64,000 bases of DNA from Eledone cirrhosa (taxonomy: Eukaryota), in NCBI GenBank assembly GCA_964016885.1, contig OZ024740.1, positions 442,308,001 to 442,372,000 on the forward strand, in the 5' to 3' direction. The translations under genes were made by a program, and so were the position numbers. Below are positions 57,788-64,000 of the stretch, piece after piece (the first letter of the stretch is position 1; the number at the start of each line of letters is the position of its first letter). The notes beneath the pieces were generated by a model that saw only the letters and a list, made by a program, of their open reading frames with translations, had not been told where the DNA came from and did no database searches.

Positions 57788-58270
57788 TATTTGTTGTGAA
57801 AGAGTCATTTCTCAATCTTGGCGCAAAACCAATTTTTTATTCACATGACCTCTACCGACCAATCAAAATTGTTTTGACCACAAGAATTGTTGCTGGAGCC
57901 ACTTTTTTTAACATAAAAACAGTCTTGGCGCAAAATCAATTTTTTACACTCACATGACCTCTACCGACCAATCAAAATTGTTTTGACCACAAGAAATTTT
58001 GCAACACCAAAGTAACGCTGGAGCCACTTTTTTAACATAAAAACAGGTAGAATTCCCAAAACTAATCAGATCAGAGCAAACAGCACGGACACTCTATCTC
58101 CAAATTATTTTTGAAGAGCATTTAGAAATGCGCAACCGGTAAAAACTTAAAAACTTAAAACCACAACTGAATACTAACCCATACAATCACTAATACTCTT
58201 TTATTCCTAATTAAACCATTTTTCAACTGTGAACAATTTGTCAGCATTTTCTATTCCGTTTACCAATATA
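57788..58270 (+). mobile_element. Second copy of the 23880-24252 element with an internal ~105-bp duplication
   Basis: Direct similarity; tcttggcgcaaaa..aacataaaaacag occurs twice. Confidence 0.85.
58108..58144 (+). ncRNA. Hammerhead variant (U3.G8; GCAA)
   Basis: TTT, TTGAAGA, GCATTT ag AAATGC, GCAA, CCGG, TA, AAA. Confidence 0.45.
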
Positions 58271-58305
58271 TAATAACTTGTGTGTTACACCTCTATTCTT
58301 TTAAC

Positions 58306-58402
<97 letters not shown>

Positions 58403-58548
58403 CAATATATATATATATATAAAATATCAATATATGTATATAATTTTATTGTGTATATATATATATATATATATATCTTCCAACAGAAATGGTCGCATTC
58501 TTTAAGGGTATGTCAATATTTATTTATTTATAAAACTGCTCTATATTA

Positions 58549-58614
58549 TATTTTATCTGATGAAAGCACACCATAATTTTAACTTGGTGTCCTTGAAATA
58601 TGTATAATGAAATA
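58549..58614 (+). ncRNA. Type I hammerhead ribozyme
   Basis: tattttat, CTGATGA, aag-c-acacca..tggtgt-c-ctt, GAAA, TATGTA, TA, atgaaata; element ~58476-58645 between (TA)n tracts. Confidence 0.8.
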
Positions 58615-58660
58615 AATATGGTTTTATAAATATAGTTTCCATTTGTATATATATATATAT

Positions 58661-58798
58661 TAGAAAGTGAAGTTTTCTTTACAAAATGAAAAATAACCGA
58701 GGTGTCCTACACGAGTGAAAGTATAAAGAAAAAAAGATGAAATCGAAAATTCAACTGTAGTCTTATTTTAAAAACAAATATATATTTATTTGGTTCCT
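58661..58798 (-). mobile_element. 3' portion of the 62042-62275 element, in (TA)n
   Basis: Reverse complement aligns to 62136-62275. Confidence 0.85.
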
Positions 58799-58929
58799 AT
58801 ATATATATATATATATATACAATAAAATTATATATATATATATACACAAAATAACATTATATATATATATATATATTGATATTTTATATATATATATATT
58901 GATATAAATATATATATATATATATATAT

Positions 58930-59504
58930 TTTGAGACTCGAAACCTATTAGGTAAAGGTAACCATAGTAAGTACAGTGAATGTTTTGAAATTTATTTTGA
59001 AACTTTTTATTATTTGCTAAACCTTGATTATATATGTTCTGGCTCGTTAATTTATTAACCTGCCATTGAATCACATTGGCATATGTTTGGACAATACATG
59101 TGTCCCTATACGCTTTTTGCGTGTAGGGATATATACTTTATTATTATTAATCTCCTCTTGGTCGAGATGAAATTTGGTCGTTTTTACTACTGCTATTTAT
59201 AGTGGTAATAGATTGACCTCCCTGCCTCTGCTTACTATCTTTGCACACGGCACAGGACAGAATTGCTTCCACATCACTCATTCTCATCTCGGGAACAATT
59301 TTGAATAGCGCCAGTTCGTAATTTGAACTCGGGAATTTTATACTCTCCGAGTGAAAAGAACCTTCTGACGAGAGTTTATCTTTTCAATGGAAGCCCGCAA
59401 GGACTGTCCATTTATTTTTGAGACTCAAAACCGATTCGTACATAGTAGGTACAGTGAATTTTTTGAAATTTATTTTGAAACTTTTTCTTATTTGCTAAAC
59501 CTTG

Positions 59505-59510
<6 letters not shown>
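58930..59510 (+). mobile_element. ~1.2-mer of a ~487-bp HHR unit (diverged relative of 26042-26733)
   Basis: 58930-59030 recurs at 59417-59510; 3' half-HHR at 58934-58959; degenerate HHR at 59360-59440. Confidence 0.85.
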
Positions 59511-59537
<27 letters not shown>

Positions 59538-59594
59538 CCGAACTCTCAACCTCACGATTGCGAATCCAATTCTCTAACCACTCAGCCACACGCC

Positions 59595-59648
<54 letters not shown>

Positions 59649-60000
59649 CACTGGCGACGTCTTCTCCCTCTTCCTGTCACACACACACTTATATACATAC
59701 ACACACATACTCACACACACTCACACTCATACACATACACACACACACTCACACACACATACTCACACACACATGCTCACACACACACACACATACTCAC
59801 ACACACACACATATTCACACACACTCACACATACTCACACATACTCACACACACACACTCTCACACACACACACACACATACTCACACGCACTCACACAC
59901 ACACATACTCACACACACACACACTCTCTCACACACACACTCTCTCTCTCACACACACACACTCACACACACTCTCTCTCTAAACAAATGACGTTCCTTT

Positions 60001-60034
<34 letters not shown>

Positions 60035-60646
60035 CATCTCTTTCGTTTGACGCTCCCCCTCTCTCTATAGATGAGGGTGTCGTCATAACCTTCTCTCTAC
60101 CTCTTTCTGTCCCGTCCAAAATACTCGGCGTTCCATTGTTTCTCTCTATGTACATATCTCTCTTTTATCGCTCCCTCTCTATATAAAGTGAATGTGATGA
60201 AGGGAATGAGAGACAGACAGACGGACTAACAGACAACACTCTTATTATAATATTAAGGTATTTCAGTAATTAGTTGCTGCGCATGATTTAGTTGCGTGTT
60301 TCAACACTATATATTTCAGTTCTACCAATCTGAGTCTCCCCTCGACCACTCCAGTGTCGTTAAAAAAGTAAAAGAATTGTTGGCTAAAACAATCAGAACA
60401 TAAGCATATTAAACGCCTCATAGCATTTGGTTTTGTTCAAGTAGTTTGAAGAATCTCATTGTGGCTGACTTTACTATTTTTTGTTCTGTAGTCTGAAAAA
60501 TATTACAGCAATAGGTGGTGCTCCAGCATGGCCTCAGCCGGATGGCTGGCGCAGGTAAAAGAGCGAAAGAGTAAAATATGAGATCGATTTCTTCGATTAT
60601 AATCACCATAATAATTGTCACTATTTAAAAGTAAAAGAAAACATCG

Positions 60647-60808
60647 CAGTTGGAACCAACGAAGATAGACCTAGGAGATCGCAAAAGGCTGCACTGTATT
60701 ACAAGTTTCTCGTTTCCAGATGGTAAACACCTGATTTGTGATGCGACCTGCAACGATACTTTCTCCAGCCGCTACCTGATGAGGTCAGTGTCGGAAACAA
60801 GCTCCGTT
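60647..60808 (+). pseudogene. Degenerate CRE-like non-LTR retrotransposon endonuclease fragment
   Basis: Reads QLEPTKIDLGDRKRLHCITSFSFPDGKHLICDATCNDTFSSRYL, resembling the LEP..GDGKRPDG....GK.LVWDATC.DT motif. Confidence 0.6.
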
Positions 60809-61427
60809 TGACAATAAACAAAACACCAACAGCTTTCCAATAGGTTTCTCAGTGAACATCCCCGACCCTGCATCTCCCCCCCCCCCCACACCAACTCCCC
60901 GACCCACCATCTCCCTACTTACAGCGATAGAGATGGAAATGACCGCTCACATGAGCGACACTGTCGGTGAAGTGATTCTTTCAGCGCATCTTCCAGGGTT
61001 ATCCGTCATGTTGTCTGCCCGCACCATTAACCAAAACCAAATTTAAACAGGTTGTTATATTAAATAAGAATTATACGAAAATATCTTACCCAGACATCTA
61101 TGAAACTAAGAATAATATTCTGCTAATAGGAAGATATAAAATCCGTACAATTATTCTACAGTTAATATTATTATCGGAAGAATTATTTTATTTTTCACCT
61201 GCGAGAAGTGAAAGGAATGTACTGGACAGAAAACCATATCTTTCAACTAAAGATTTAACTATAAGTTCCGTTCCTGTATTTTCTGATTCATTTTTACTTT
61301 ATATTTTGATTGTGGAGGGGCAATGAAGCAAGTACCAGGGTTAAACTGGTGTCGATTCAATCATCCATTCCTTCCGTTAGGAATAGTTTTGTGATCATGT
61401 AAGAAACGTCCTTAGTAGAAAACTGGG

Positions 61428-61600
61428 AGGGCAGAAGATAGAGGGTGCGACAAATAGCAGTATTTACCTCGGCTTCTTACGTTCTAAGTTCAAATCACGC
61501 TGAGGTGAACTTTGTCTTTCGGACTTGACAATATACAATACCAGTCATATACTGTGGTCGATACAATCAATTTCCTCTAAAACTGGCGACCTGCCTATGA
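61428..61600 (+). mobile_element. Meta-like SINE, diverged
   Basis: ttacgttctaagttcaaatcacgctgaggtgaactttgtcttt. Confidence 0.55.
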
Positions 61601-61723
61601 CAGAAAATATTATGAGACGACTTGGGCGGTGAAATAGCAAAGTTATGAGAATGTCGGATATGTTCCTTTATCTTTGTCTCAACAGGTTAAGGTTTTCCTC
61701 TAATTTCTGTGTAAAGGATGACA

Positions 61724-61985
61724 TATATACCAGGCATATGTAATAGATAATATATATATATACCAGGCAAATATAATAGATAACATATATACCAGGCATA
61801 TATAATTGATAATATATATATACCAGGCATATATAATTGATAACAGGCATATTTAATAGATAATATATATATACCAGGCATATATAATTGATAATATATA
61901 TACCAGGCATATGTAATAGATAATATATATATACCAGGAATATATAATAGATAATATATATATATATACCAGGCATATGTAATAC

Positions 61986-61990
<5 letters not shown>
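61724..61990. repeat. ~30-bp tandem repeat (ataccaggcatatataattgataatatatat)
   Basis: About 9 variable copies visible. Confidence 0.9.
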
Positions 61991-62046
<56 letters not shown>

Positions 62047-62101
62047 AAAACCACAGACTCTCAGATGTGAGAAAAACCTCAGACCCTCCATCTCAACTCT
62101 A

Positions 62102-62137
62102 CTTTTGAAAAGCAGAAGAACTGCGAAACCGGTAAAG
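62102..62137 (+). ncRNA. Minimal hammerhead ribozyme with U3-A8 core
   Basis: CTT, TTGAAAA, GCAG aagaa CTGC, GAAA, palindromic CCGG, TA, AAG; element 62042-62275 between (TA)n tracts. Confidence 0.75.
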
Positions 62138-62269
62138 GAACCAAATAAATATATATATTTTTTTAAAAAATAAGACTCCAGTTGCATTTTCGATTTCATC
62201 TTTTTTTCTTTATACTTTCACTCGTGTAGGACACTACGGTTATTTTTCATTGTGTAAAAAAAACCTCAC

Positions 62270-62339
<70 letters not shown>

Positions 62340-63712
62340 TGGAAAATGTGCGCGATCCTTGGTACAGTTAGGTATATTTGAAAAAAAGGAAAAGATTGAC
62401 TTCACTTGTAGTGTTAAACATTTTTTATGATTTAATATTATAATATAATATTATAATATTATGAGTTGGTATATATATATACACCAGGCATATGTAAATG
62501 ATGACACTTATATGCCATACATATTTAAATGATGACACTTATATGCCAGACATATCTAATTGATAATATTTATACCAGTCATATATTGTGGTCCATTCAG
62601 TCTCTCCTTTCCTCTACTACTAATTTCTGATATTGTTAACATAAGAAATTATAACTAGTTTATATATAATTTGTGAGATCCATAATATTTAGTAGTAAAG
62701 AAACATTACATACATCAATGGATATTCGTTTTGTTTATATTGATCAAACGAGGTGTAGAAATTATACTTTATAGTTTTCTAGAACTGAAAATAGAAACTA
62801 AGCCGTAACTGTTTTTAAAGGAAACTTCAAAACATATATGTGTTTTCTATTATAAGGGTCTTTATAAGTCTGTGGTTGACCAGTGTCTATATATGTTAGT
62901 CAAAACATATATGTGTTTTCTATTATCAATTTTAAGGGTTCTTATTGTTTATTTAAAGATTCACTTCTTTAAAATTTTCAAATGTCAACACTTCTGGTTA
63001 GCGTTCGCTTAAATAAACATTTATATATTTCCGTCACTAATTTTATCCTAATGCAGTTTATATATAATATCGTCTTTTTTTAAGGTATGGATTACGTTAC
63101 TGAGTACATAAGACAGTGTAACACAGTCTTCGTTCAATTTCTGTCTATATTGTCAATTACGATTTTATTTGATGTATCATATCTACATGTATATATACTT
63201 GCGTATGATATCAATATGCACACTACACAGGCTGGTTTTTCTGCTAGTTTTTTCTAATAACGATACAACATAACTTTAAAGTAGACGGACTCTTTCTGTT
63301 TGTGAATCCCTCCAATGGCGGAAAGAGTCTATATCCAAAATGGTTGCGACTTGTGTATGTTTTGGTAGTTGGTCAAAGGACAATTATTTATATATTTAAT
63401 TATCTTGCTTTAATATAACCTTTCGTTTTCTTTAGAGTTGTTGAGCCGCCGATTTCGGTATCCACTTCAGAATTTCAACCTACTTATGATTTCAAGTAAT
63501 TTTCTCTTCATTAATTTGACAGACAATTCAATTTGACAGCTATAGTTTAATAATTCATAGTTATACTATTGAGACGGATCAATTGTTTAGATTGCGTGTG
63601 TAGTTAGTCTAAACTTTATTCTTCTTCATAAGGTTGATGTTGATTTTCACAAAGACTTCACCTCAACTGCTATTTTACAATTTGAATTCAAAAGGTCATT
63701 TTTACTTTTTGA

Positions 63713-63744
<32 letters not shown>

Positions 63745-64000
63745 GTAGCCACAAAAAACAGCTTACAATATGATTCCGTTGAAACAAAGGGTGACCTTAT
63801 CATTTTAAAATGACCAGGGAATATAAAACAGAATCACAAAGTATCATTTTTCAAATATTTAATGACAAAATTAACCTCTGAACCTTCAGCTTTTGTAATT
63901 CAGTAAAATGTCAATTAATTAACATTTTTCTAAATATTTTTCCGTTTTGTTTTTATCTTTCCTCAAAGGAAAAATATATGGCATCTAATTTAATTCTAAT

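Noticed and set aside
60775-60800. CTGATGAGG...GAAAC motif
   Set aside because: No convincing stems; lies within the CRE-like coding relic

Overview
AT-rich, microsatellite-dense animal DNA. The SINE types and repeat landscape suggest an octopus or other cephalopod, which is inference. No host gene could be supported, and most short ORFs in the track are microsatellite artefacts. Recognisable elements are: a near full-length RLE-type (R4/Dong-like) non-LTR retrotransposon inside a (TATG)n tract, two 5'-truncated Penelope-like elements (PLEs; one Naiad-like, one Neptune-like), a 5'-inverted RTE insertion, RTE and CRE-like relics, many tRNA-derived SINEs of two families, non-autonomous Helitrons, and a mariner-type MITE carrying a 2.9-kb minisatellite. 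The main hidden signal is about 20 type I hammerhead ribozyme (HHR) motifs, read by eye, from roughly ten unrelated short non-coding element families. Most of these elements sit in or beside (TA)n tracts, as ~490-bp tandem units, head-to-head palindromes or short 3' fragments. The motifs show compensatory changes in the stems and in the core 3-8 pair (U3-A8), and one copy starts within 1 nt of the predicted cleavage site. This points to a diverse retrozyme/PLE-pLTR-like, (TA)n-targeted ribozyme retroelement system. Ribozyme activity is predicted, not shown. SINE and element boundaries are approximate.
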